From the sequence record MK817115.1: a stretch of DNA of 64,000 nucleotides. One strand, written 5' to 3'. This document shows, one piece after another, positions 27,159-36,655 of this stretch (position 1 is the first letter of the stretch; each line of letters starts with the position of its first letter). Source of the DNA: Escherichia phage vB_EcoM_phAPEC6. The translations under genes were made by a program, and so were the position numbers. The notes under the pieces are model-generated. The model was given only the letters and a program-made list of their open reading frames with translations, was not told the origin of the DNA and ran no database searches.

Positions 27159-27410
27159 TCACCGGAACTCTTTTTCTATTCCCATTACATCAGTCTTATG
27201 CTCAGATAGTATACCTGAAGTATATGAATCTTTGTTGTCAAACACATTAAATCCAATAGTTCTGTCGGTGTCGTGTATTATTCCTTTTGTGTATGAGGTA
27301 GTATAGAACTCCCCATTTCTGAAATCCTGCCTTGCTACGGAGCAATGATAATCTGCACCATAAGCAGTACTGGAAAATAATACAATTCCAAATATAATAT
27401 ATTTTTTCAT
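27159..27410 (-). CDS. Secreted small protein (signal peptide)
   Basis: Start set to ATG 27410 (AGAGGG RBS): MKKYIIFGIVLFSSTAYGADY; the ORF-track extension runs into the promoter element. Confidence 0.55.
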   Translation of the reverse strand: MKKYIIFGIVLFSSTAYGADYHCSVARQDFRNGEFYTTSYTKGIIHDTDRTIGFNVFDNKDSYTSGILSEHKTDVMGIEKEFR

Positions 27411-27444
27411 TGTAATCCCTCTTCTTAATTCCTCTTTTGTATTT

Positions 27445-27474
27445 ACAAAAAAAGGCTGACCGAAGTCAACCTTT
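27445..27474 (-). promoter_or_regulatory. Composite terminator/early promoter element
   Basis: AAGGCTGACCGAAGTCAACCTT hairpin + T-run; TTGACT then GTAAATAC. Confidence 0.6.
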
Positions 27475-27481
27475 TGTTTTA

Positions 27482-28759
27482 TCATTTACCGTATTTGCTC
27501 ATGATGTCCTTTTCCCAAGGAGTTACATTTCCATTTTCGTAATCACGGAAAGAGTCATCAAGTGTAGTCAATGCATAATCATATGCCTCACCGGATTCAA
27601 CATCAATATCAACAGCACCATTCACTACATCAGTCCACGCTTTTTGTAGTTTACGAGCGTTGTTACCAACTTTATCTTTAATCCAACTAAGATTTCGGTT
27701 TATACTCTTCTTATCAGCACCAGCTTTTTCACCAACATCTGCAACCCATTGCATTAATTTCTGTAGTTCGTTATGGGATTTTTCAGTCATTTGGCGGTCT
27801 TGTGACAGTTCAGCTTCCATGTCATCAATTTCTTCGTCTGAATGAACATCGTTCTGTTCTACTGCACCTTCTTCATCATCACGCATCAGATAACCATCTC
27901 GTGTAACCTTCTCACCATGATCAGCTTCATACTTTTTCATAGTATTGAATGCAGCATCCATTGCAGTTACAAAACGACTCTTTTCACCTTGTACATAAGA
28001 TTTAAGTGCATCGTTAACTGCATCAGATACTAATTTAATCTTATCGTCTTTACCTTCCAGACGGTTTTCTAACTTAGCTAGTACATTCTTAACTTGTTGA
28101 GCATTAGCACGGTCTTCTTTACCAATACTATCAAATGTTTTAAGTACGCTTTCAAGACTTACTTCCTCTTGTGCAGGCACATCACCTTGTTGCGTACCTT
28201 CAAGTGCACGCATTATAGTACTGAATACTTCAGTTGGTTCAGTACTGGTATTTCCACTCATTGCATCAAGCACAGCTTGTGCTTTGACTTTTAATTCTTC
28301 TTTAGGTACAGATTGCAATTCTTTCACAATACCTTGGATAAGTTGTGGTTTATTAGCAAAAATCTTACCTAACTTATCAGACAGTTCTTTGACAGGGTTA
28401 ACCGCCTTTGGTGCTTCTTGTTTTGGTTCTTCTTTCGCAGGAGCAGACTTTTCTTTTTCTTCACGTTCCATATCAGCTAGACGTTGTTTTTGTGTAGCAT
28501 TAAGAAGTCCCAATGAATTAACATAACGTAGCTTTTCTAGCTCAGTCATGTTCTCAGTACTCTTAACTTCACCTGCTTCTGCGTTTGCTTTACCAGCTAG
28601 ACCAGTTCCTTGGTTACGTGACCCACGTGAACCTTGACCTGCTTGATAACTATTTGGACGGCGGTTGCGTTCACTCCATTTATCAGAGTGACCAGCCATG
28701 TTACCACCATTTTTATCAGTAAAATTACTTGGCATTTGATTTCTCTCCATAGATTTCAT
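27482..28759 (-). CDS. Lys/Glu-rich 425-aa protein, paralog of 29005..29388
   Basis: Shares YVNSLGLLNATQKQ and IVKELQSVPKEELKVKA blocks with the 127-aa neighbour; TATAAATA box ~16 nt upstream of ATG. Confidence 0.7.
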   Translation of the reverse strand: MKSMERNQMPSNFTDKNGGNMAGHSDKWSERNRRPNSYQAGQGSRGSRNQGTGLAGKANAEAGEVKSTENMTELEKLRYVNSLGLLNATQKQRLADMEREEKEKSAPAKEEPKQEAPKAVNPVKELSDKLGKIFANKPQLIQGIVKELQSVPKEELKVKAQAVLDAMSGNTSTEPTEVFSTIMRALEGTQQGDVPAQEEVSLESVLKTFDSIGKEDRANAQQVKNVLAKLENRLEGKDDKIKLVSDAVNDALKSYVQGEKSRFVTAMDAAFNTMKKYEADHGEKVTRDGYLMRDDEEGAVEQNDVHSDEEIDDMEAELSQDRQMTEKSHNELQKLMQWVADVGEKAGADKKSINRNLSWIKDKVGNNARKLQKAWTDVVNGAVDIDVESGEAYDYALTTLDDSFRDYENGNVTPWEKDIMSKYGK

Positions 28760-28777
28760 TTTTTCTCTATGTCTATA

Positions 28778-28816
28778 TTTATAGTATAAAGAAAAGGCTG
28801 ACCGAAGTCAACCTTA
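28778..28816 (-). promoter_or_regulatory. Composite terminator/promoter element (carries TATAAATA)
   Basis: GGCTGACCGAAGTCAACC hairpin; minus strand then reads TTTATACTATAAATATAG. Confidence 0.6.
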
Positions 28817-28821
28817 TTTTG

Positions 28822-28935
28822 TTACTTAGATTGTTCTTGTGCAGGTGGATTTACTTTTTGATCCACTACATAGAATACACCACCAACCAGTACTGCGGCG
28901 ATGAGTGCAGCAACTACAAATTTCAAACCTTGCAT
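28822..28935 (-). CDS. Small 38-aa membrane peptide (not in ORF track)
   Basis: ATG at 28935 after GAGG; MQGLKFVVAALIAAVLVGGVFYVVDQKVNPPAQEQSK; flanked by two composite elements. Confidence 0.45.
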   Translation of the reverse strand: MQGLKFVVAALIAAVLVGGVFYVVDQKVNPPAQEQSK

Positions 28936-28957
28936 ATATGATACCTCAGTTATATTG

Positions 28958-28992
28958 AGAAGTTATGATACAACAAAGGGCTGACCTTAGTC
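28958..28992 (-). promoter_or_regulatory. Composite terminator/early promoter element (variant)
   Basis: GGGCTGACCTTAGTCAACCCC hairpin + T-run; TTGACT then TATCAT. Confidence 0.6.
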
Positions 28993-29004
28993 AACCCCTT
29001 TTTA

Positions 29005-29388
29005 TTACTTCTTGAACTTATGTTTTTCACTTTCGATTGCATTCACGATTTCATCATGAATTTTACGAAGATTGTGAGTTTTCTTTAGAGATTCATGTAA
29101 TGCACGGAATGCAGAGTGTACAGTTGCTTTAAAGTGCTCTTTAGGAGTTACTTTAAGTTTCTCGATAATATCACGTACATAGATTGGGTGATCCTCAAAC
29201 ACACGATTAAGCTCATGACCTAGTGATTCTAGGCTAAATGCTTTTTCACGGGATGGACGATCATGTGCAAGACTTTGGTCTGGTTTTAGAAGACCTAGTG
29301 AATCTAGATACTTGTGCTTATGTGCATTGTCTAGACCAGAAATATCAACATCATGTGATGGATCTTTCTTATTCCATTTATCAACCAT
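29005..29388 (-). CDS. 127-aa protein, paralog of the 425-aa K/E-rich protein
   Basis: HKYLDSLGLLKPDQS and IIEKLKVTPKEHFKATV align with 27482..28759. Confidence 0.65.
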   Translation of the reverse strand: MVDKWNKKDPSHDVDISGLDNAHKHKYLDSLGLLKPDQSLAHDRPSREKAFSLESLGHELNRVFEDHPIYVRDIIEKLKVTPKEHFKATVHSAFRALHESLKKTHNLRKIHDEIVNAIESEKHKFKK

Positions 29389-29503
29389 TTTTATAACTCC
29401 TATAAGAGATAAATTTTACTATAATATTTATAGTTCCGTTGTCATTTATATCGAATGACATAAAACATTATATCATAATAAGAATGGTTGTCCCAAAGTT
29501 AAA

Positions 29504-29977
29504 TTAGTACTGATCAAGTTCAGATGTAAAAATGAATGCATCCATGTCTTCCAACGTAAGTTTTAAGTCTGGTACATACTTAAGAATAACGCACTCTGGC
29601 TTCTTAATAGCAGCTTGATAAGCAGCAATGGCAAGGGATTCCAACTGCTGTGCTGTATAATTTTTACGTTCTGCATTAAAAACTTTGTTTTTGATATCAC
29701 CACCTGGGAGTTTTTCAAACTCACGCATAACTGCGGTAAGAACATCGTCAGCAGTGTTACTATATACCCATTGGGGTAATTGCATTACATTATAAATCAC
29801 ACCACTATCATCCATCAAAGAGATCCATTTGTACCCATCACTAGCACTGAACAAACGCCCTTTTAGTACTGTGTTATTAGTTAAATTTACAAATGCAAAA
29901 ATATCTTGTTCGTTAAGTTCAATACTATTAACATTTACCCAACTCATTACGATTCCCCATTCATAAATCACGAACAA
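29504..29977 (-). CDS. Hypothetical protein
   Basis: 157-aa ORF. Confidence 0.6.
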   Translation of the reverse strand: MFVIYEWGIVMSWVNVNSIELNEQDIFAFVNLTNNTVLKGRLFSASDGYKWISLMDDSGVIYNVMQLPQWVYSNTADDVLTAVMREFEKLPGGDIKNKVFNAERKNYTAQQLESLAIAAYQAAIKKPECVILKYVPDLKLTLEDMDAFIFTSELDQY

Positions 29978-30557
29978 TATTCATTAAACACAATTTAGGT
30001 TTTATAGCATTCAACACCCATATGCATTCTTTGTAAGTAGCTATTATATCATCTAAATGCTCAGTTACAATGCTTTCTTGAAAATATTCTTCATCATTGA
30101 GCTTTGCTAATTTAGTAACATCACACGTAGGCACTATAGGTCTGGATTGTACACCCATTCCATTATTGATATTAGTGAAATGTACAAAATGGTACTTCAC
30201 AACACCTTTATCTAGATTTATTATACATGACAAATTTTCCAACTCAGTTAGTTTTTTATTACAAGTAACATTAATGAAACCAGCATTATAGGCTCTATAA
30301 TCATCTACTGATATCTCAAAATCATTACGTTCAAATATAAGTGAAATGAGTTGGTCCAGTGGTTTGACATTCATATATTTTAATGAATTTACGTATGATA
30401 CTTCAATCTTAGATGAAATTATCTTTTTACTAAGTGCAGTTAATTCTTTGTTAGATTTAACTGTTAAAACAATATGTTTAAACCTAGAACTTTTGTTCTT
30501 TTTTGATACTTTAAAACGACCTTTACGATTCATAATTTCCTCAATTAATAATTTCAC
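29961..30557 (-). CDS. Hypothetical protein
   Basis: 198-aa ORF. Confidence 0.6.
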   Translation of the reverse strand: MKLLIEEIMNRKGRFKVSKKNKSSRFKHIVLTVKSNKELTALSKKIISSKIEVSYVNSLKYMNVKPLDQLISLIFERNDFEISVDDYRAYNAGFINVTCNKKLTELENLSCIINLDKGVVKYHFVHFTNINNGMGVQSRPIVPTCDVTKLAKLNDEEYFQESIVTEHLDDIIATYKECIWVLNAIKPKLCLMNIVRDL

Positions 30558-30762
30558 ATTTAACGTGTGGTTTATATAGCATAATTAACCCATTTTTAAG
30601 TACAATGATTGTTGCTCTGTTAGTAATCGAAACGTTTTTAATTATACTTTTTTTATATGTTTCAACATATTTCTCTTCATAATTTATACATTTAATATAT
30701 TCTTTTTGTTTAGCACTTACAACAGTACTGAATAATATCAGTACAAGTACTATATATTTCAT
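30541..30762 (-). CDS. Secreted small protein (signal peptide)
   Basis: MKYIVLVLILFSTVVSA N-terminus. Confidence 0.5.
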   Translation of the reverse strand: MKYIVLVLILFSTVVSAKQKEYIKCINYEEKYVETYKKSIIKNVSITNRATIIVLKNGLIMLYKPHVKCEIIN

Positions 30763-30814
30763 TACTATACCTTATAAACAAAAAGGAATTCATTTAAGAA
30801 TTCCTATTTTACAA

Positions 30815-31108
30815 TCATTTATCTAACATACCATTGTGCAAACGTTCATATACTTCAGTTCGACGCAAATTAACAATATCTTCTGCGTATTTTAATGTAA
30901 ATGCCCATGCTTTTGGATGTACGTTAAGCTTCATACGAATTCGATTTTTCATCAACTCTCCACTTAAACGAATAAATTCGTGTACACCACGACTACCGTA
31001 TTCAGTAATTAAATCATTAATGTACATATCACGAAGAGTTTCATCTGCACATTCTTTAACCATTTCTACGTCAGCGACGATGCTTTCATTAACTGAAGTA
31101 CTGATCAT
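30815..31108 (-). CDS. Hypothetical protein
   Basis: 97-aa ORF. Confidence 0.55.
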   Translation of the reverse strand: MISTSVNESIVADVEMVKECADETLRDMYINDLITEYGSRGVHEFIRLSGELMKNRIRMKLNVHPKAWAFTLKYAEDIVNLRRTEVYERLHNGMLDK

Positions 31109-31120
31109 TTTTAATTTACC

Positions 31121-31387
31121 TTATTTAAATTCGACTGTAATTTTATCACCTTCAACTACGAACTTACAGTTGTAGCGACGTGCCATATCCATGTACATAT
31201 GCTCAGAGTACCAAGGAACATCAATAATCGGATGCTCTGCATATTGTAAAACTTCACGGTCGCCCACTGTAGTAATGATGAAAGGAATGTTCATCTCTCG
31301 TAAAAACAGTTCAGCACCAGGAGAACGATTAATAAATTCAGTATCATTACGTAAAGTAAATCCATTATATTGTAATTTAAGCTTCAT
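31121..31387 (-). CDS. Hypothetical protein
   Basis: 88-aa ORF. Confidence 0.55.
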   Translation of the reverse strand: MKLKLQYNGFTLRNDTEFINRSPGAELFLREMNIPFIITTVGDREVLQYAEHPIIDVPWYSEHMYMDMARRYNCKFVVEGDKITVEFK

Positions 31388-31401
31388 ATGTTATCCTCTA
31401 T

Positions 31402-31746
31402 TCAATACCATTCTTTAAAACCATTAAGTTCGGCTACGTGAGTGATTATAACACATATAACATTCAGGTCAAGTATAATTTGATCATAATTTAATTTTAT
31501 ACGATCATCATTATATGCTCTAAAAACTACATCGTAATCAAAGAAATTTGCGTTTTCATCATTCATTGAAACGATTCGGTATCTACGTCTTCCATCTGTA
31601 TTGAATATAGTTAAACACTGTTGAAACTTTCTCATTAACTGTTTAGATAGGATATTATAATATTCAATATCTTTTTGTGAATTACGTGGGTCATCAGGAA
31701 GATAGAATGAAACAAATTTCTTTAATTCTATTTGAGTTTTATCCAT
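31402..31746 (-). CDS. Hypothetical protein
   Basis: 114-aa ORF. Confidence 0.55.
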   Translation of the reverse strand: MDKTQIELKKFVSFYLPDDPRNSQKDIEYYNILSKQLMRKFQQCLTIFNTDGRRRYRIVSMNDENANFFDYDVVFRAYNDDRIKLNYDQIILDLNVICVIITHVAELNGFKEWY

Positions 31747-32179
31747 ATATTACCTCATTTGTTTCTCTTTTACTTTGTCGGAACTCATCCTTTGCTTCCT
31801 TAACTGACATGATACGAACTAATTTAGCACTACCGCAATAGTACTGAACCTGATTACGACCAATGTCTACATGGTGGTCTGGAACTTCATATACAGATAT
31901 AGCAAACCCAGCACGATGCAATTTACCTAAGTCCATAGTGAAGAATCTGAACAAATCTTTCAAACTTTGACAGCCAAATACCCATCCACTTTTGATTGAA
32001 TAAATCCCATCCTCAGTTGGTTCAGGTTGGAATTGAGAAGGTGTAGTCATGAGCAAACGGTCAAATCCATTTTTAGTACTGTATCTGGTTGAATACCGTG
32101 CAAACGGACCTACAGTTCGTGCAGGATCTAAGTTAGGTTCAATGTAACTAAATTTAAGTTCAAAACGATATACATACAT
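31739..32179 (-). CDS. Hypothetical protein
   Basis: 146 aa; AGAGGA RBS; immediately downstream of a composite promoter. Confidence 0.6.
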   Translation of the reverse strand: MYVYRFELKFSYIEPNLDPARTVGPFARYSTRYSTKNGFDRLLMTTPSQFQPEPTEDGIYSIKSGWVFGCQSLKDLFRFFTMDLGKLHRAGFAISVYEVPDHHVDIGRNQVQYYCGSAKLVRIMSVKEAKDEFRQSKRETNEVIYG

Positions 32180-32206
32180 AATTAAAATCCTCTAATTTAT
32201 TAAGAG

Positions 32207-32243
32207 AATTATAACAAAAAAGGCTGACCGAAGTCAACCTTTG
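32207..32243 (-). promoter_or_regulatory. Composite terminator/early promoter element
   Basis: AGGCTGACCGAAGTCAACCT hairpin + T-run; TTGACT then TTATAAT. Confidence 0.65.
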
Positions 32244-32425
32244 TTTTGAAGTTCTTGAACTAATTGTCGTACTTCGTTAATATTTTTACACTGCTTTACA
32301 GTGAAGTAATCATACTTACGACCATAGGTTCTTGGGTCATCACCTTCCATATACTGCTGCACATCAAAGATTTGTAAGTAGGGATGCTGCATAACACGAA
32401 TATTATCACTTTGATAAATCAACAT
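32234..32425 (-). CDS. Hypothetical small protein
   Basis: Start set to ATG 32425 (AAGGA RBS) to remove a 50-nt overlap in the ORF-track call. Confidence 0.45.
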   Translation of the reverse strand: MLIYQSDNIRVMQHPYLQIFDVQQYMEGDDPRTYGRKYDYFTVKQCKNINEVRQLVQELQNKG

Positions 32426-32429
32426 AATA

Positions 32430-32780
32430 TCAATCCTTATATTTACACAAGCCACCAAAACTAGTTTCTTTAGCACCACGACGCATCATAACTAATTTAG
32501 CATATTGTGTGCCATTACTATCTTCATATACATCTACTTCAATAAACGCTAAGAAGTTAGGGTCTGTGTCGTTAGAAAACTCAGTGAAGCTAATGTCGCC
32601 TACTGTATGCTCTTTAACAAACGTATATGATTGTCCATCAATATATACAATATCTCGATCGTCACTATCACCTTGATAGATATGTTTAATATTACCATCT
32701 GTACAAACTAAACCTTCCAATGGTTCAGCATATGACAATCCACACATTAACATACATACAAAAAATAAAATAATTTTCAT
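32430..32780 (-). CDS. Secreted small protein (signal peptide)
   Basis: MKIILFFVCMLMCGLSYAEP N-terminus. Confidence 0.55.
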   Translation of the reverse strand: MKIILFFVCMLMCGLSYAEPLEGLVCTDGNIKHIYQGDSDDRDIVYIDGQSYTFVKEHTVGDISFTEFSNDTDPNFLAFIEVDVYEDSNGTQYAKLVMMRRGAKETSFGGLCKYKD

Positions 32781-32782
32781 GA

Positions 32783-33160
32783 TTATTTTCCTCCAACGTT
32801 AAGTGATTTCTTGTACTGATATTCTTTATAAGTACTATACCATATATCACCAACGTAAATCAAGTACCACGTAGCAGGATAAAGAGCCAATCCAGTACTG
32901 ATGTATACGAACTTTTGGTCAAGGACATCAAATACATACAGAAGGAAAGTTACTCCCATAATGCAAGAACAAATTAACCACAAGTTATAAGCAATCGAAT
33001 CGCAAGCAAAAATAGAATCAAGCTTAGAAATTAGGACATATTTGTTTGTTAAAATGAAATGAATTACTGCAACTAAACAATATCCTGCCATAAAAATAGA
33101 AATTAAAAAAGACAGAATAATTGGAATATTCAACAACAAAAGTAAAATAGTGTTTACCAT
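32783..33160 (-). CDS. Small membrane protein
   Basis: 125 aa with hydrophobic segments. Confidence 0.55.
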   Translation of the reverse strand: MVNTILLLLLNIPIILSFLISIFMAGYCLVAVIHFILTNKYVLISKLDSIFACDSIAYNLWLICSCIMGVTFLLYVFDVLDQKFVYISTGLALYPATWYLIYVGDIWYSTYKEYQYKKSLNVGGK

Positions 33161-33170
33161 TTTTTAAGTC

Positions 33171-33530
33171 CTATATTTCACAGTGTAAGTTCAATTTATC
33201 TATATCTAGGTCACGGCGTACCGATGAGTCCAAGTAAATTACTATATAGATATCACCATTACCAGTTCTTGGGTCTACAATTAATATTACGTTTGCTAAT
33301 GTACCAGAATCATCTCTATAAGTCGAGATTTTTTTATTACCGATAATACTTTCTACTTTAAAACGATAAATCACACCATCAACAACTATATTTTTACCAT
33401 TTCTAGGGTCGTTAGTCAATACATGCCACGTTCCCTTAGTACTACGACAATATGTTTCTGCTGCTGCACCATAACTAAAACATGAAAATAATGCACACAC
33501 AAGTGCTATTAATTTTATATAACTCTTCAT
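33171..33530 (-). CDS. Secreted small protein (signal peptide)
   Basis: MKSYIKLIALVCALFSCFSYGAAAE N-terminus. Confidence 0.55.
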   Translation of the reverse strand: MKSYIKLIALVCALFSCFSYGAAAETYCRSTKGTWHVLTNDPRNGKNIVVDGVIYRFKVESIIGNKKISTYRDDSGTLANVILIVDPRTGNGDIYIVIYLDSSVRRDLDIDKLNLHCEI

Positions 33531-33608
33531 AACAAACCTCTAACGAGAAATACTTCTGTACTATATATATGTACAGAAGTATTTAATACTATAGAGATAT
33601 TTTCACTG

Positions 33609-33935
33609 TTACATCTTATTCGTGAACTTGAATTTGATAATATCAATCCAAATTTTAACATTTCCTGCAAATAGTGCTTTGATTAGCCACATAATTGCAA
33701 CAAAGTTCTCAACTAAATCCAAAGTTTTAACTACTGCACCGAGTGGGAAGATAAAACTCAAAACCCATACAATTACTGAAACCACAACGACTGCATAGAA
33801 AATACGCACAATCGGTGAATCAAGCATAAACAACTCAGAGAACTCTTTTTTATCATTATCATCAGTAATGAAGCATTCGTAAACCAGAAGCCAAATCAGA
33901 ATTAAAGACGGAATTGAAATTAGTACTGATAGCAT
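33609..33935 (-). CDS. Small membrane protein
   Basis: 108 aa hydrophobic. Confidence 0.55.
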   Translation of the reverse strand: MLSVLISIPSLILIWLLVYECFITDDNDKKEFSELFMLDSPIVRIFYAVVVVSVIVWVLSFIFPLGAVVKTLDLVENFVAIMWLIKALFAGNVKIWIDIIKFKFTNKM

Positions 33936-33992
33936 ATTTTTTACCTCAAGTTTAAGTGTTAAGTTTCAGACTACAGGAACCATTATACAGTA

Positions 33993-34235
33993 CTACGAAC
34001 GTTTGTCAACATTTGTTTCTTCAATAAGCATAAGATAACTTAACACGAAGAGTAATACCGAAATAATATCAATAACTGTAAAGCTCACTGGAATGATAAT
34101 AGACACCAGTACTAATGCCACGTTTAGCAAGAATACAGTAGTGAGATCTACCATCGTTCGTCTAGTGGCTAATGCCACTAGTGTAGGATAGAACATAAAC
34201 AATAGTGCAACAACAAAACTTAGTACTAGATACAT
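33993..34235 (-). CDS. Small membrane protein
   Basis: 80 aa hydrophobic. Confidence 0.5.
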   Translation of the reverse strand: MYLVLSFVVALLFMFYPTLVALATRRTMVDLTTVFLLNVALVLVSIIIPVSFTVIDIISVLLFVLSYLMLIEETNVDKRS

Positions 34236-34906
34236 TTCTTTTTCACCTTAATAAAATTATAACACAAAACCACATCAACATCTGGCTCATCATACAAGTA
34301 CTCAAAACGTTCTTTACTTCGTTTAGTACCGATATACTCACCATTCTTATGCCAACGCCATCCACCATCCTTTGGTTGTTCAGACTTCAGTACTGGGTGA
34401 TAGCACAGGACAATTTCTTCTGGACCTTCAATTAGGTTCTTGTACTTATTCATAATCTGTTCAAGCGTATCTGCTACACCATAAGATGGATGCATAAGAT
34501 AAGACTCAGGACGTGGACGTCCACTTGGTAGAATATCATCAGTACTATTAAAGATAGCACGGAAGTCTTCAGATGTGTATAGACTTCCATCTTCATGGAT
34601 CATTGGGTATTCATCCACGACATCGTAATCAGTGAAGTGTTCAATTGCATGTGCAGGTCGATAACCTGCAAGGATACCTGCATGTTTAGTCTGGACAATA
34701 GTCATAACAGATGTATTGTTGTTTACATTTGGAACATGAATTTCAGCCCAGAACGGATGATTTGGGTCAAAAGTTGCATTTACCAATGTACACTCACCAA
34801 TGTAATCAAACATAGTTTCCTTGAAGTTTAAAGAAACCCCACGTAATGCCCAGTCAGGTGAAGTGATGAAATTAAGATTAACTAACATAAGTATCCTCAT
34901 ATGCAT
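34226..34906 (-). CDS. Hypothetical protein
   Basis: 226-aa ORF; start may be internal. Confidence 0.55.
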   Translation of the reverse strand: MHMRILMLVNLNFITSPDWALRGVSLNFKETMFDYIGECTLVNATFDPNHPFWAEIHVPNVNNNTSVMTIVQTKHAGILAGYRPAHAIEHFTDYDVVDEYPMIHEDGSLYTSEDFRAIFNSTDDILPSGRPRPESYLMHPSYGVADTLEQIMNKYKNLIEGPEEIVLCYHPVLKSEQPKDGGWRWHKNGEYIGTKRSKERFEYLYDEPDVDVVLCYNFIKVKKKCI

Positions 34907-34919
34907 TTTTTTGATGTGG

Positions 34920-35135
34920 TTATTGTATCAAAGATGTATCGATTTGTACAACATTTATTGTAACTATTTCGTACATATAGTCAGGTGCATTGAACTCAGC
35001 ATACCACTCAATGATCTCACAAGCAGCATCAACTTGGTTGTTCGCATTAACACGTCTTGCATAGGTACTAGACATTTTATATCTACCATTTACATACACG
35101 TTATATACACCATGACACCACCACATCTTAGTCAT
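34920..35135 (-). CDS. Hypothetical small protein
   Basis: 71-aa ORF. Confidence 0.45.
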   Translation of the reverse strand: MTKMWWCHGVYNVYVNGRYKMSSTYARRVNANNQVDAACEIIEWYAEFNAPDYMYEIVTINVVQIDTSLIQ

Positions 35136-35346
35136 TTATACTAGGCCATACTTTATATTGTAAGTTCTGGTATTGAAATTTACCAATTTCATTTTTCTTA
35201 CGGAATGATTCATCTACTTGAATTTCCGCATCGTACTGACCATCAGCCTGTACAACGTACTTAAATTCTTCTACGTGTGAAAAACGTTGACCTTCACCTT
35301 CTGGTTTATAGACTTGTACTAAACCTTCAACTAGATATAAATTCAT
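35128..35346 (-). CDS. Hypothetical small protein
   Basis: 72-aa ORF. Confidence 0.5.
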   Translation of the reverse strand: MNLYLVEGLVQVYKPEGEGQRFSHVEEFKYVVQADGQYDAEIQVDESFRKKNEIGKFQYQNLQYKVWPSIND

Positions 35347-35349
35347 TTA

Positions 35350-35571
35350 TCATTCCTCATCACTTTCAGTTAGTATAATGCTATGTACAGCTTCCACATA
35401 GCGGTGTGTTTTGGGTGTGTTATACTTTGTAATTTCATCAAACAATTTAAACAGTGCATCTACTTCACTAAGAGCACGAATGAATACATCCATCTTGGTG
35501 ACTACTCTGGAAAACCCGCGTATGTTATTAAATTCAGAGACGTGTTCATACACAACATAGTATCTATTCAT
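35350..35571 (-). CDS. Hypothetical small protein
   Basis: 73-aa ORF. Confidence 0.5.
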   Translation of the reverse strand: MNRYYVVYEHVSEFNNIRGFSRVVTKMDVFIRALSEVDALFKLFDEITKYNTPKTHRYVEAVHSIILTESDEE

Positions 35572-36086
35572 ATATTAAAAAGTTCCATGAATTCATTGAA
35601 TAAAGAAGTTCTAATGCACATAACAAATTCAAAATCAACATCGATGGTGTCAAGTAGTTTGAACAACTTTGGTACTAATGGATCATTCACCTCAAAGTTA
35701 TGAATCAAACTTTGTTGAAACACATTTTCTTCAGTACTATAATCAATAACAAAATATTCAGCAATACCAGGTGGTGTGTAAACATCATATAAAATATGGC
35801 GGTGATGATTTGTTTTAGAACTAGGGGAATATATAAGTTCTATTTCATAAGATTTATCAGCACTGCGTGCGTAACAAACAATATCAGTACTCGTTATTTC
35901 TGAACCATCACTTCTCTCTGAAAAACAAACATCAGCATAGCGTTTTCCAGAGAGATTCAAAAGGTCATGAGTTGTTTTACCATAACAGAAATCAGTTTCA
36001 ATGCGTATCACATCTTGATATTCAATTGGTCTTGTATCGCGGCGTTCACGATTAAACACTAATTTCAACAACTCATTAATATCCAT
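35568..36086 (-). CDS. Hypothetical protein
   Basis: 172-aa ORF. Confidence 0.6.
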   Translation of the reverse strand: MDINELLKLVFNRERRDTRPIEYQDVIRIETDFCYGKTTHDLLNLSGKRYADVCFSERSDGSEITSTDIVCYARSADKSYEIELIYSPSSKTNHHRHILYDVYTPPGIAEYFVIDYSTEENVFQQSLIHNFEVNDPLVPKLFKLLDTIDVDFEFVMCIRTSLFNEFMELFNI

Positions 36087-36343
36087 TATTTCGCCTCGAT
36101 AACCTTAAGGTTAACAAAATCACCTTTTACTTTCATGCATTTGAATTCAGTGCGAGTTTCATCCCCACTATCGCGAGGCCAATGAGTGGCAGAGTAGCAC
36201 TGGTCTGGTGTTTTATATACACCTTCACCAATAGTACGAGTGATTTCACCATTGGTGAGAACTACTGCGAGATATAAAGTAAACATGATATTCGCCTTAG
36301 AATAATTTATTAATAATAATAGCACCCAACGCAAGAACTGCAA
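36086..36343 (-). CDS. Hypothetical small protein
   Basis: 85 aa with N-terminal hydrophobic segment. Confidence 0.5.
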   Translation of the reverse strand: MQFLRWVLLLLINYSKANIMFTLYLAVVLTNGEITRTIGEGVYKTPDQCYSATHWPRDSGDETRTEFKCMKVKGDFVNLKVIEAK

Positions 36344-36439
36344 TAATTACAGATACCCACATTACTGCATTCACTGTACCAGTAAGTTCTTTATCAAACT
36401 CCCTGCACTTCTTGCGGTAATCTTCCCACTCTTTGTTAT

Positions 36440-36655
36440 TCACACTGCCACTCCTAATAGGTCGGTAGCTTTCTTGAGTACTACGTCAATGGTTTCCAGT
36501 ACTGCACCTTTGTGTTCAATTGATACAATATTATTATAAGTATCAAGGTCCAAGTACTCCATATATTCAGTTTTGAATACACGAACATCAGTACTAGTGA
36601 TTTTAATATCACAACCTTTATCCCAAATAACCTGCATCATTTCATTGGTAGTCAT
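36440..36655 (-). CDS. Hypothetical small protein
   Basis: 71-aa ORF. Confidence 0.5.
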   Translation of the reverse strand: MTTNEMMQVIWDKGCDIKITSTDVRVFKTEYMEYLDLDTYNNIVSIEHKGAVLETIDVVLKKATDLLGVAV

